A stretch of 64,000 nt of DNA from assembly GCA_017432365.1 (NCBI GenBank), contig JAFRJG010000018.1:27672-91671 (forward strand). The letters are read 5' to 3'. A program made the position numbers and the translations under genes. The notes under the pieces were generated by a model, which saw only the letters and a program-made list of their open reading frames with translations, had not been told where the DNA came from and made no database searches. Shown here in pieces: positions 54,168-62,555 of this stretch. The stretch comes from Candidatus Saccharimonadota bacterium (GTDB taxonomy: Bacteria > Patescibacteriota > Saccharimonadia > Saccharimonadales > Saccharimonadaceae). How positions within the stretch are numbered: position 1 is the first letter of the stretch; each line of letters starts with the position of its first letter.

Positions 54168-55238
54168 TCAGGATTCAAGGAAGGCGTTAATGAAGGGCAT
54201 GAGGTTGCCGTCGAGGACGGCATCGACGTCGGTTTCTTCGTGCTTCGTGCGAGTATCCTTGACGAGTTTATAAGGTTGGAGGATATAGTTGCGGATTTGT
54301 TGACCCCATTTGGCAGATTCGCCGGCGCGGAGCTTGTCGATGCTTTCGGCTTGCTGTTCGAGCTTGAGCTGGGCGAGCTTACCGCGGAGGATTTCCATGG
54401 CTTTTTCCTTGTTCTGGAGCTGGGAACGTTCGTTTTGGATTGCGACGACGGTATTGGTCGGGAGGTGAGTAATCCGGACGGCGGAGTTGGTTGTGTTGAC
54501 GGATTGACCGCCATGACCGCCGGAGTGATAGACGTCGATACGGAGGTCTTTATCATCAATAACGATTTCGTCGTCAGAGTCAATAATCGGGAGGATTTCG
54601 ACGAGGGCGAAGGAGGTTTGGCGGAGGTTGTCGGCGTTAAAGGGAGAGAGGCGAACGAGGCGGTGGACGCCGTGCTCGGATTTTAAGGTACCATAGACGT
54701 TTTGACCCCTGACCTCGTAAACGGCGGTCTTAATTCCGGCTTCTTCTCCGGGGACGCGCTCGACGAGGCTCGACTTAAAGCCGATTTTTTCGAAGAAGCG
54801 GAGATACATGCGCTCGAGCATGGACGCCCAGTCCATTGCTTCGGTTCCGCCAACGCCGGCGGTTAAGCGGAGAATAGCGTGGTTTTTGTCAAATTCGCCC
54901 GTGAAGCGGAGAGTCTGTTTTAACTCGGCAAAGTCGGTTTCGAGCGTGGAGAGCTGGCGGTCGAGTTCATCGAGGAGGTCGTCGCTACAAAGGTCGAGAA
55001 GTTCGGCGAGGTCGGCGACCTGGGTATCGAGGAGGCGCCAAGGAGTCAGTTCGAGGTCGAGACGCGAGAACTCTTCGTTAAGTTTTTTTGCGCGGTCGGG
55101 ATTGTTCCAGAGATTGGGGTCAGAGATTTTTTCCTCAAGGGATTCAAGTTCGATAAACTTATCGTTCAAATCGAGCTTTTTCCAAGTTGTGCGGAAAGCG
55201 GTAGTTAAGAGGTCGAGGCGTTTTTTGAGGTCTTCCAT
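54168..55238 (-). CDS. prfB: Peptide chain release factor 2 in one uninterrupted frame (no programmed +1 frameshift)
   Basis: SPF tripeptide (VRLSPFNA) and GGQ motif (SGGHGGQSVNTT). Confidence 0.93.
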   Translation of the reverse strand: MEDLKKRLDLLTTAFRTTWKKLDLNDKFIELESLEEKISDPNLWNNPDRAKKLNEEFSRLDLELTPWRLLDTQVADLAELLDLCSDDLLDELDRQLSTLETDFAELKQTLRFTGEFDKNHAILRLTAGVGGTEAMDWASMLERMYLRFFEKIGFKSSLVERVPGEEAGIKTAVYEVRGQNVYGTLKSEHGVHRLVRLSPFNADNLRQTSFALVEILPIIDSDDEIVIDDKDLRIDVYHSGGHGGQSVNTTNSAVRITHLPTNTVVAIQNERSQLQNKEKAMEILRGKLAQLKLEQQAESIDKLRAGESAKWGQQIRNYILQPYKLVKDTRTKHEETDVDAVLDGNLMPFINAFLES

Positions 55239-55244
55239 GGCGGG

Positions 55245-56591
55245 CTATTTCAGGGCATTAACGAGGGACTTAAATTCGTCGCCACGGGCTTTATAAGAGG
55301 TAAACATGTCAAAAGAGGAGGCGCAGGGGGAGAGGAGGACGAGGGGCGGGAGGATTTTAGGTTCTTTATCGACGAGGCAAGTGTCTGAGTTTTCCTCCTC
55401 CCTTTCTAGCTCGGCTTCGGCAAATTCGCGAGCCTTCTCAACGGCGAGCGAGAAGTCAGTTCCGGCGAGGAAGTATTTTTCAGGGTCTTCATTTTCGGCG
55501 AGTTTTTCGGCAGTTTCGCCGATTAAAACGGCTTTAACGAGATTTGGGTGGTCAAAGATTTTTCGTTTCGCGGGGGCGAGGTCGAAACCTTTATCTTTAC
55601 CGCCGGCGATGAGGACGATTTTTTGGTCGGGGAAGGCGTCAAGGGCGACGTCGAGCGAGGGGAAGACGGTCGAGAAAGAGTCATCATAATACTTTACGCC
55701 GTTTAATTCGCGGACGAACTCGAGATGATGAGGGAGAGGGGAGAAGTTTTTAGCGACAGCGGTCAGGGCGGATTCATGAGTTGCGAGGAAATCGGCGAAG
55801 TCGAGAGAGTTGTCGGAGAGTTTCAGGGCAGCGAAAGCGGCGAGAAGAGCAGCTTCGAGGTTTTCGCGGTTGAAGGTTCCGGGGATTTGAAGCGCGGAGA
55901 GAATCCCCGAAAGAGCGGGAGGGCGGTCGGCGGGTTTTAAGGGGTAGGGGAGTTGTTGGCTCTTAGCGGCGGAGACGAGGTTACGGGTGTTTTGGTTTTC
56001 GCGGAAGTAGATACAGAAGTCAGAGGGAGATTGGAAGTTGATGATGTTTTTCTTGGCGGCGAAGTATTCTTCGAGGGAGTCATGGACGTCGAGATGGTCG
56101 GGTTCGAGGCGGAGGACGACGGAGACGGCGGGAGAGCGGTCGAGGTCCCAGAGTTGGAAGCTTGAGAGTTCGTAGATGACGAGGTCGTTTTTCGTTAGAT
56201 CCGGAAGGACGTCGAGCGCCGGCTTGCCGATGTTGCCAACGAGATAGATATTTGGCTCCGCCCCTATGGTAGCTAATATGTTGTGTATCATTGTGCAGGT
56301 TGTACCTTTCCCTTTTGTGCCGGTGACGCCGATGATGGGGCAGGGGCAGTTATGGAAGAAGTATTTAGTGACGGAAGTGAGTTTTTCGGGCGGGGCGGGG
56401 ACGAATTTCGGGGGGATGGACGGCGTGCGGAAGATGAGGTCGTATTGAGCGAAGTCCTTGAAGAGAAGCTCTTCTTTAGTGAAAGAGTCGAGAATGTCGA
56501 TTTTAACGTGTTCGGAGAGAGAGGGGTCGGATTTGAAGTAGGTTTCGACGGACTTACCTTCGAGTCCGTAGCCGAGAATGAGAATATTCAT
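55245..56591 (-). CDS. murD: UDP-N-acetylmuramoylalanine--D-glutamate ligase
   Basis: Begins MNILILGYGLEGKS and contains GVTGTKGKGTT. Start placed at the ATG at 56591. Confidence 0.88.
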   Translation of the reverse strand: MNILILGYGLEGKSVETYFKSDPSLSEHVKIDILDSFTKEELLFKDFAQYDLIFRTPSIPPKFVPAPPEKLTSVTKYFFHNCPCPIIGVTGTKGKGTTCTMIHNILATIGAEPNIYLVGNIGKPALDVLPDLTKNDLVIYELSSFQLWDLDRSPAVSVVLRLEPDHLDVHDSLEEYFAAKKNIINFQSPSDFCIYFRENQNTRNLVSAAKSQQLPYPLKPADRPPALSGILSALQIPGTFNRENLEAALLAAFAALKLSDNSLDFADFLATHESALTAVAKNFSPLPHHLEFVRELNGVKYYDDSFSTVFPSLDVALDAFPDQKIVLIAGGKDKGFDLAPAKRKIFDHPNLVKAVLIGETAEKLAENEDPEKYFLAGTDFSLAVEKAREFAEAELEREEENSDTCLVDKEPKILPPLVLLSPCASSFDMFTSYKARGDEFKSLVNALK

Positions 56592-56597
56592 GAAAAA

Positions 56598-56603
56598 ATT
56601 ATA
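56598..56603 (-). promoter_or_regulatory. TATAAT (minus strand) 6 nt before the murD ATG (leaderless candidate)
   Basis: tgcTATAATtttttcATG, nearly identical to the 31518 promoter (tgcTATAATttttttATG). Confidence 0.55.
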
Positions 56604-56608
56604 GCACG

Positions 56609-57883
56609 TTAGAGCTTTAAGCGGTCGGCGAGGGAGGTAATCAGAGATTTTTCGCAAGAGCTGACGGCGGTGAAGCCGAAGACGTTAGAGTCGATTAGCT
56701 CGCGGGCGAGTTCGACGATTTCGGTTTTATCGACGGTGCGGACGATGTCGGGGATGCGCGAGTAGTTTTCGATTTCGTCGGACTTGAAGTATTCTTCGGC
56801 GTAGAGGTCGGCGATTTGACCGACGGTTTGGGCGGACATCTGGAAGCGACCGAGGCAGTAGCTACGGGCGGCTTCAAGGTCTTTTTCTTCGATATCGCCA
56901 CTTAAAACTTTTGAGAGCTCATGGCGAATCAGGTCAAAGAGTTCTTCGGCGTTTTCTTCGTCGACTTCTCCGTCGAAGTCCCAAGAGGTTTTCGATTCGT
57001 CGAGATTGAGCGAGCTACCCATGCCATAAACGAGACCACGACGGCGAGCTTCACCGAAGATGCGGGAAGACATGGTGCCGGTTAAGATATGGTTCAGGCA
57101 GGACATGGCGATAGTACAGGCGGAGTCGAGCCGACGAGGGGTGATGAAAGAGAAGCCGAAGGTGATGTTCGAGGCGTCTTTACGCCGAATTAAGACGGCA
57201 GGTTCGGAATGAAGGTCATCGAGAGGAACTTCGAGGCGTTCGCCGGGCTTTAATTCCCAGTTACTTAGCATTTTGATAATTTTGCGACGACGAGAGAAAC
57301 CAAGAGCGCCGGCGATGACGAAGCGGAGGTTTTTTGCGGTGTGGGTGCGGCGGTAATGCTCGCGAATATCTTTTAGCTCGATATTGGGGAGGGTCTTTAA
57401 GCGTTCGCTGAGGTTTTCGACGCGTTCGCCGATGGACTGTTGAAGGCGAGGCCAGAGGAGGCGGTTATAATCGTTAAGATAGCCGGTTAGTTCGGCTTTA
57501 ACGTTTCCCTTTTCGCTTTTTAATTCTTCATCGTTAAACTTCGGCTCGCAGATAGCGAGGCGTTTCAAGTCGAGGATGCGGTCCCATTCAAAATCCGCAC
57601 ATTCAGTTTCGTAACAAATCGAGAGGTCAGAAGTCCAGGCGTTATGATAGGCGCCGTTTTTGGTAAATTCGGCTTCATATTCGGACTCGGACTTGTATTT
57701 TGAATTGGCGCCGAAGGAGAGATGTTCGACAACGTGGGCGATTTCGTAAAGGTCAGGTTTTTTAGCGTAGCGAAGACCGCCGCGAAACTGGACGCGGGTT
57801 GCCATGACGCTGGCGCCGGGGACGTTGATGAGTAGTCCGCGGGCGCCGGATTTTAGCTTTACCTCCTCGATATAATGTCTCAC
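56609..57883 (-). CDS. M16-family zinc metallopeptidase (pitrilysin-like). The start is uncertain: GTG 57883, or ATG 58015, which would overlap secA by 116 nt.
   Basis: HxxEH motif (HVVEH) in YEIAHVVEHLSF. Length and two-lobe layout fit M16. Confidence 0.75.
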   Translation of the reverse strand: MRHYIEEVKLKSGARGLLINVPGASVMATRVQFRGGLRYAKKPDLYEIAHVVEHLSFGANSKYKSESEYEAEFTKNGAYHNAWTSDLSICYETECADFEWDRILDLKRLAICEPKFNDEELKSEKGNVKAELTGYLNDYNRLLWPRLQQSIGERVENLSERLKTLPNIELKDIREHYRRTHTAKNLRFVIAGALGFSRRRKIIKMLSNWELKPGERLEVPLDDLHSEPAVLIRRKDASNITFGFSFITPRRLDSACTIAMSCLNHILTGTMSSRIFGEARRRGLVYGMGSSLNLDESKTSWDFDGEVDEENAEELFDLIRHELSKVLSGDIEEKDLEAARSYCLGRFQMSAQTVGQIADLYAEEYFKSDEIENYSRIPDIVRTVDKTEIVELARELIDSNVFGFTAVSSCEKSLITSLADRLKL

Positions 57884-57899
57884 TTCTGGAGCTTTCTTT

Positions 57900-60533
57900 T
57901 CATTTCTTTCCTTTCCGTTTTTTTCGTTTATTACGGTTTTTAGTGCGATTATTCTGTTGTTTGGCGGATTTTTTAAACTCGGAGTCGAGGTTTTTATCGC
58001 CGGCGGAGATTTCATTGACGCCTTTTTCGGTTGCGGTTTCTGCCATTTTCGTTAATTCGGAATCATATTCTTCATCAGAGAGGGTTGAGTCGGCGGCAAC
58101 TTCTTGTTTCGTCAGGGTCAAGAGGACGCGGAGGACTTCTTCGCGGAGGTTGCGCTGGAGCGAGTCAAAGAGTTTCTGGGACTCGGAGCGATATTCGACG
58201 AGCGGGTCGCGCTGACCGACGGAGCGCCAATGGATTCCTTCGCGGAGATGTTGCATGTTTTCGAGATGTTGCATCCAGAGAGCGTCGAGGACTTTGAGAT
58301 AGACTTCGCGTTCGAGCTTCCGCATAGTTTCGGGGGAGATTTCGGCTTCCTTTTCGCGGTACTTTTCTTCAACGGCGACGCGGGCGAGATGGGCGCGTTC
58401 GAGTTCTTTGCGTTTTTTACCGATTTCATCAACGAGTTCGGCATCGAGGGTCGGGAAGACGTTCTTGAACTCGGTTGCGAAGTTTTTATTGACGCGGGAG
58501 GAGAAGAGCGTTAAGTCGGCGGTTGCGTCTTTTATCAAGCGCATGATTTCCGGGCGAATGTCCTCGCCTTCGAGGATTTTTCGGCGCATGCCATAGACGA
58601 CTTTACGATGGCGGTTTATCACGTTGTCGTATTGGACGACGTTTTTCCGGGAGTCGAAGTTAAAGCCTTCAATTTTTTTCTGGGCGGATTCAAGGGTTTT
58701 GGAGATGGATTTGGTTTGGATTGGGGTGTCTTCGTCGACGCCGAGGCGGGACATTAGCGAGGCGACGCGGTCGCCCTGGAAGATACGCATAAGGTCGTCT
58801 TCACAGGAGACGAAGAATTGGGTCGTTCCGGGGTCGCCTTGACGACCACCGCGTCCGCGGAGCTGGTTATCGACACGACGTGAGTCGTGGCGAGCGGAAC
58901 CGATAACAACGAGACCGCCGAGTTCCTTGACGCCTTCTCCGAGTTTGATATCGGTTCCGCGTCCCGCCATGTTGGTCGCGAGAGTGATTGCGCCCTTTTC
59001 TCCGGCTTTTTCGATAATGGCAGCTTCACGTTCGTTGTTTTTTGCGTTTAAGATTTCGTATTTGATACCGCGTTCGTCGAGGTAGCGGGCGATTTCTTCG
59101 TTGTTGGCAATAGAATCGGAGCCGACGAGAACGGGCTGTCCCTTTGCGTGGTATTTTTCAATTTCGTTGGCGATAGCACGGATTTTTCCGGCTTTCGTAC
59201 GGAAAATTAAGTCGTCTTTATCAACGCGAGTAATCGGGCGATTGGGCGGGATTTGGATAACGTCGAGAGCGTAGATTTGTTGGAACTCCTCGGCTTCGGT
59301 AAAGGCGGTTCCGGTCATTCCGGAGAGCTTTTTGTAGAGACGGAAGAAGTTTTGGAAGGAGATGGTCGCAAGAGTCATGGACTCTTGTTTTACGGCGACG
59401 CCTTCTTTCGCTTCGATGGCTTGGTGGAGACCTTCGTTGTAACGGCGACCTTGCATCAGGCGTCCGGTATGTTCATCGACAATAATAACTTCGCCGGAGT
59501 TTGTGACGACGTAATCTTTATCGCGTTTAAAGAGGACTTCCGCACGGAGTGCTTGTTCGAGGTGATAAATGAGGCGAGTGTGTTTAACGGAGTAAAGTTC
59601 GGAAATTCCGAGAATTTCCTCAACTTTTTCAACGCCTTTGTCGGTCAGGGTAACGGAGCGGTGCTTCTCGTCGAGAACGTAGTCGTCGGGGGTGAGTTGG
59701 GAAGCAACGCGAGCGAATTGATAATAGGAATCGGGGTTATCACCGGCGGGAGCGGAGATAATGAGCGGAGTTCGGGCTTCGTCAATGAGGATTGAATCGA
59801 CTTCGTCAACGATAGCGAAGTTCAGCTCGCGTTGGCGGAGGTATTTAACTTCCGAGGTCATGTTATCGCGGAGATAGTCGAAACCGAACTCGTTGTTTGT
59901 GCCATAGGTAATGTCGGCGTTATAAGCGTCTTTCCGGGTTGCGGGTTTTAGGTGGCGGAAGCGGTCGTCGGCGTGGTCTTCGTTGATATAATCTTTATCG
60001 TAAACGAACGAAGCGTTGTTAATGATAACTCCGACAGAAAGACCGAGAAAATCGTAAACCGGACCGTTCCAGCCGGCGTCGCGCTGGGCGAGATAATCGT
60101 TCACAGTAACGACATGAACGCCTTTTCCTTCGAGGGCGTTTAAGACGGCGGGGAGAAGGGCGACGAGGGTTTTCCCTTCGCCGGTTTTCATTTCGGCAAC
60201 GTTGCCTTCATGAAGAACCATACCGCCGATGAGTTGGACGTCGTAGGGGCGCATGTTAAGGACGCGACGAGTCGCTTCGCGGGCGAGAGCGAACGTGTCG
60301 GGGAGAATCGCGTCGAGGGAAGATTTTTCGAGCTTTTTCCGGAGTTTATCAGGGGTTGCTTTTAAGTCGTCGTCGGAGAGCTTTTTGTATTTTGGCTCGA
60401 GACGGTTGATTTCTTGAACCTTTTTATAGAGGCGACGAAGGGTCTTTTTCTGGGCGTCGCCAAAAACGCCCTGGAGGAATTTTTCGAGAGCATTTCGGTC
60501 GGAGAGCTTATCGGTCGGTTTCTTTTCTTTCAT
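57900..60533 (-). CDS. secA: Preprotein translocase ATPase SecA (Lys-rich C-terminus, no zinc-finger tail)
   Basis: Contains MKTGEGKTLV, DEVDSILIDEARTPLIIS and TNMAGRGTDI. Start placed at the ATG at 60533 (MKEKKPTDK). Confidence 0.95.
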   Translation of the reverse strand: MKEKKPTDKLSDRNALEKFLQGVFGDAQKKTLRRLYKKVQEINRLEPKYKKLSDDDLKATPDKLRKKLEKSSLDAILPDTFALAREATRRVLNMRPYDVQLIGGMVLHEGNVAEMKTGEGKTLVALLPAVLNALEGKGVHVVTVNDYLAQRDAGWNGPVYDFLGLSVGVIINNASFVYDKDYINEDHADDRFRHLKPATRKDAYNADITYGTNNEFGFDYLRDNMTSEVKYLRQRELNFAIVDEVDSILIDEARTPLIISAPAGDNPDSYYQFARVASQLTPDDYVLDEKHRSVTLTDKGVEKVEEILGISELYSVKHTRLIYHLEQALRAEVLFKRDKDYVVTNSGEVIIVDEHTGRLMQGRRYNEGLHQAIEAKEGVAVKQESMTLATISFQNFFRLYKKLSGMTGTAFTEAEEFQQIYALDVIQIPPNRPITRVDKDDLIFRTKAGKIRAIANEIEKYHAKGQPVLVGSDSIANNEEIARYLDERGIKYEILNAKNNEREAAIIEKAGEKGAITLATNMAGRGTDIKLGEGVKELGGLVVIGSARHDSRRVDNQLRGRGGRQGDPGTTQFFVSCEDDLMRIFQGDRVASLMSRLGVDEDTPIQTKSISKTLESAQKKIEGFNFDSRKNVVQYDNVINRHRKVVYGMRRKILEGEDIRPEIMRLIKDATADLTLFSSRVNKNFATEFKNVFPTLDAELVDEIGKKRKELERAHLARVAVEEKYREKEAEISPETMRKLEREVYLKVLDALWMQHLENMQHLREGIHWRSVGQRDPLVEYRSESQKLFDSLQRNLREEVLRVLLTLTKQEVAADSTLSDEEYDSELTKMAETATEKGVNEISAGDKNLDSEFKKSAKQQNNRTKNRNKRKKRKGKK

Positions 60534-60542
60534 AATAGGGTA

Positions 60543-60548
60543 ATTATA
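60543..60548 (-). promoter_or_regulatory. TATAAT (minus strand) 9 nt before the secA ATG at 60533
   Basis: Sequence reads gtgTATAATtaccctattATG, immediately after the hpf stop. Confidence 0.45.
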
Positions 60549-60550
60549 CA

Positions 60551-60916
60551 CTATTTTCGAGAGAAGAGACCACGAAGCCCGCGTTTTTCTTTCTTGAGAT
60601 GAGGAGTTTGTTCGAGCTTAAAGCGGCGGATTTGACCGGTCAACTTCGCCTCGAGGATGTCGATTCCGGCATAGAGGTTTGAACATTCGTCTTTTCCGGA
60701 CAGAACTTTTCCGCCGGGGATTTCCATAGCACAAGAGATTTCGTATTTATTACCTTTATCGCGATTAACTTCGGTGACGACGACTTTCGCGACGACGTCC
60801 TTTTTATGACCGCGAGGGAGATAGCGGTCGAGTTTACCGATTTTTTTGGTGGCGTATTTTCTAAAGCTTTCTTCGACTTTATAATTCGAGCCGGAGACAT
60901 CAATTTTGCTAATCAT
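60551..60916 (-). CDS. hpf: Ribosome hibernation promoting factor (short HPF/RaiA family)
   Basis: 121 aa. Contains YATKKIGKLDRYL and LYAGIDILEAKLTGQIRRFK. Confidence 0.85.
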   Translation of the reverse strand: MISKIDVSGSNYKVEESFRKYATKKIGKLDRYLPRGHKKDVVAKVVVTEVNRDKGNKYEISCAMEIPGGKVLSGKDECSNLYAGIDILEAKLTGQIRRFKLEQTPHLKKEKRGLRGLFSRK

Positions 60917-62167
60917 TTATAACTCCTCTTTATTATTAAGAAACGGGCGAAGAACTTTCGGAACGGTTAACTTTCCGTCGGGGCGAGCATAGTTTTCGAG
61001 AATTACGACGAGAGCGCGGGCGAGAGGAATCGCAGTTCCGTTCAAGGTATGAACGAACTCGAGTGAACCGTCTTTACGGCGGACGCGGCAGTTAACGGCG
61101 CGAGCCTGGAAATCGGTACAGTTCGAGCAAGACGTGATTTCTTGGTATTTTTGATTAACGGGCGACCAATATTCCATGTCGTATTTTTTCGCGGCGGGGG
61201 AACCGAGGTCGCCGGCGGCGATGTTAATGATATGGTACGGGATTTCGAGGCCTTGCCAGATGTCTTCTTCGATTTTAAGGATTTTTTCGTGGATTTCTTT
61301 CGACTGTTCGGGGAGACAGAAGGCGTACATTTCCAATTTATTGAATTGGTGGACGCGGAAAAGACCGCGGGTATATTTTCCATAAGCGCCAGCTTCTTTG
61401 CGGAAGCAGGCAGAATAGCCGGCGTAAAACTTCGGGAGGTCAGCTTCGTCGAGGATTTCGTCCATGTGATAGCCGGTCAGAGGCATTTCGGCAGTCGCGA
61501 TTAAGGCGAGGTCTTCGTTCTCGACAAAGTACTCGTCGGACTGGTCCGAGGTACGGGGGTTAAAACCGCAGCCTTCGAGGATTTTCGAGGAGACGAGGTC
61601 GGGGACGGTCATGTAAGAGAAACCGGCTTCGAGAACTTTCGAGAGTCCGTATTGGAGTAGGGCGTTTTCGAGGAGGGCGAGGTCGTTTTTAAGGTAATAA
61701 AACTTATTTCCGGCGACCTTGGCGCCACGTTCAAAGTCGAGCCAGTCACGAGAAGTCGCGAAGTCGAGATGGTCGATGCCGGAAGTTTTCCTTTCGCCCC
61801 AAGTTTTGATTTCGACAGAATCTTCCTCGCCGCCGAGAGGAACGTCATCGAAGATGATGTTCGGGACGGACTTGAGCGAAGACGAGAGAGCAGATTCCTT
61901 TTCGGCGAGGGTTTTTTCAAGTTCGGAAAGGGAGGCTTTAATCTTTTTTCCGGTTTCAATCAATTTCGGGTCGGGTTTTCCCTTCGAGGATTTTAACTTT
62001 TCGGCGTTTGCATTTTTTTCTCGTCGGAGGTCCTCAACTTTTTTCAGAGTGGTTCGGCGAGAGTCGTCGAGCTTCAAGAGGTCGTCAATCGAAACAGAGT
62101 AACGCTTTTCGCGAGCGGATTTTTCAACGAGGTCGCGGTTTTCACGAATGAAGTTTATGTCTAGCAT
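60917..62167 (-). CDS. serS: Seryl-tRNA synthetase
   Basis: Begins MLDINFIREN; also has FRKEAGAYGKYTRGLFRVHQFNKLEMY and LNGTAIPLARALVVILEN. Confidence 0.95.
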   Translation of the reverse strand: MLDINFIRENRDLVEKSAREKRYSVSIDDLLKLDDSRRTTLKKVEDLRREKNANAEKLKSSKGKPDPKLIETGKKIKASLSELEKTLAEKESALSSSLKSVPNIIFDDVPLGGEEDSVEIKTWGERKTSGIDHLDFATSRDWLDFERGAKVAGNKFYYLKNDLALLENALLQYGLSKVLEAGFSYMTVPDLVSSKILEGCGFNPRTSDQSDEYFVENEDLALIATAEMPLTGYHMDEILDEADLPKFYAGYSACFRKEAGAYGKYTRGLFRVHQFNKLEMYAFCLPEQSKEIHEKILKIEEDIWQGLEIPYHIINIAAGDLGSPAAKKYDMEYWSPVNQKYQEITSCSNCTDFQARAVNCRVRRKDGSLEFVHTLNGTAIPLARALVVILENYARPDGKLTVPKVLRPFLNNKEEL

Positions 62168-62176
62168 GATGAGGAT

Positions 62177-62182
62177 ATTATA
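62177..62182 (-). promoter_or_regulatory. TATAAT (minus strand) 9 nt before the serS ATG
   Basis: Sequence reads gttaTATAATatcctcatcATG. Confidence 0.45.
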
Positions 62183-62200
62183 TAACAGAATGGTTAAATG

Positions 62201-62209
62201 TGGTAGAAT
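62201..62209 (+). promoter_or_regulatory. Extended -10 TGGTAGAAT driving the orphan + strand RNA
   Basis: Same TGGTA(T/G)AAT form as the five other extended -10 boxes in the window. Confidence 0.5.
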
Positions 62210-62213
62210 GAAG

Positions 62214-62467
62214 ATGTTTGGTTCTTCGGAGCTTAGTGAGTCGATTATTCATAAGTAGTGATATTTGTGGTTCGAGAGAGGCTCATTAAAAAGGCTATTC
62301 TAGGCGAGTCAGAGTCTCGGAAAGGAGTAGGTATGTTTCAAATTGGTTTGTTTATAATCAATAAGAAAGACCGAAACGATTCGGATAAACCGAAAAAGAA
62401 ATCTAGCAGATAGCTAGATTTCGAACCAAACATTTATAAAAGAGGAGTTTCTAGAGCTTCTCTTTTT
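62214..62467 (+). ncRNA. Candidate structured RNA or small-ORF mRNA (unclassified), ending in a terminator-like hairpin
   Basis: 11-bp pairing between the 5' end (62214-62224) and a 3'-proximal site (62423-62433). 10-bp hairpin at 62398-62422 and 5-bp hairpin at 62371-62384. SD plus a 26-codon ORF at 62333-62413. Terminator-like stem plus T-run at 62441-62467. Confidence 0.4.
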
Positions 62468-62507
62468 ATGTAGTTAGTTTATCATAGTAGCGTAATAAAA
62501 ACAAGTT

Positions 62508-62529
62508 CGGAGGCGATAGACCGCCTCCG
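62508..62529 (-). terminator. Terminator hairpin after the DUF2207 gene: CGGAGGCG-ATAGAC-CGCCTCCG
   Basis: 8-bp GC stem. On the minus strand it is followed by AACTTGTTTTTATT. Confidence 0.6.
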
Positions 62530-62555
62530 TTGAGACAGTTTCCGAAGGAAACAAT

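Noticed and set aside
54168-55238. Programmed +1 frameshift site in prfB.
   Set aside because: RF2 is encoded in one continuous 356-aa frame from MEDLKK to the end. There is no early in-frame TGA and no split ORF.
56592-56657. N-terminally extended starts in the ORF track: murD at 56657, flippase-like gene at 31536, uvrA at 38666, secA at 60551, rplC at 6404, rplN at 1685 and rpsN at 731.
   Set aside because: The extensions lie upstream of or inside predicted -10 boxes, or inside the preceding gene, and they add non-conserved residues. The internal ATGs give the canonical N-termini.
62262-62290. GGTTCGAGAG resembles a tRNA T-arm.
   Set aside because: No acceptor, D or anticodon arms can be drawn around it, and there is no GTTCGAATC-type T-loop. 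I found no tRNA or rRNA anywhere in the window.
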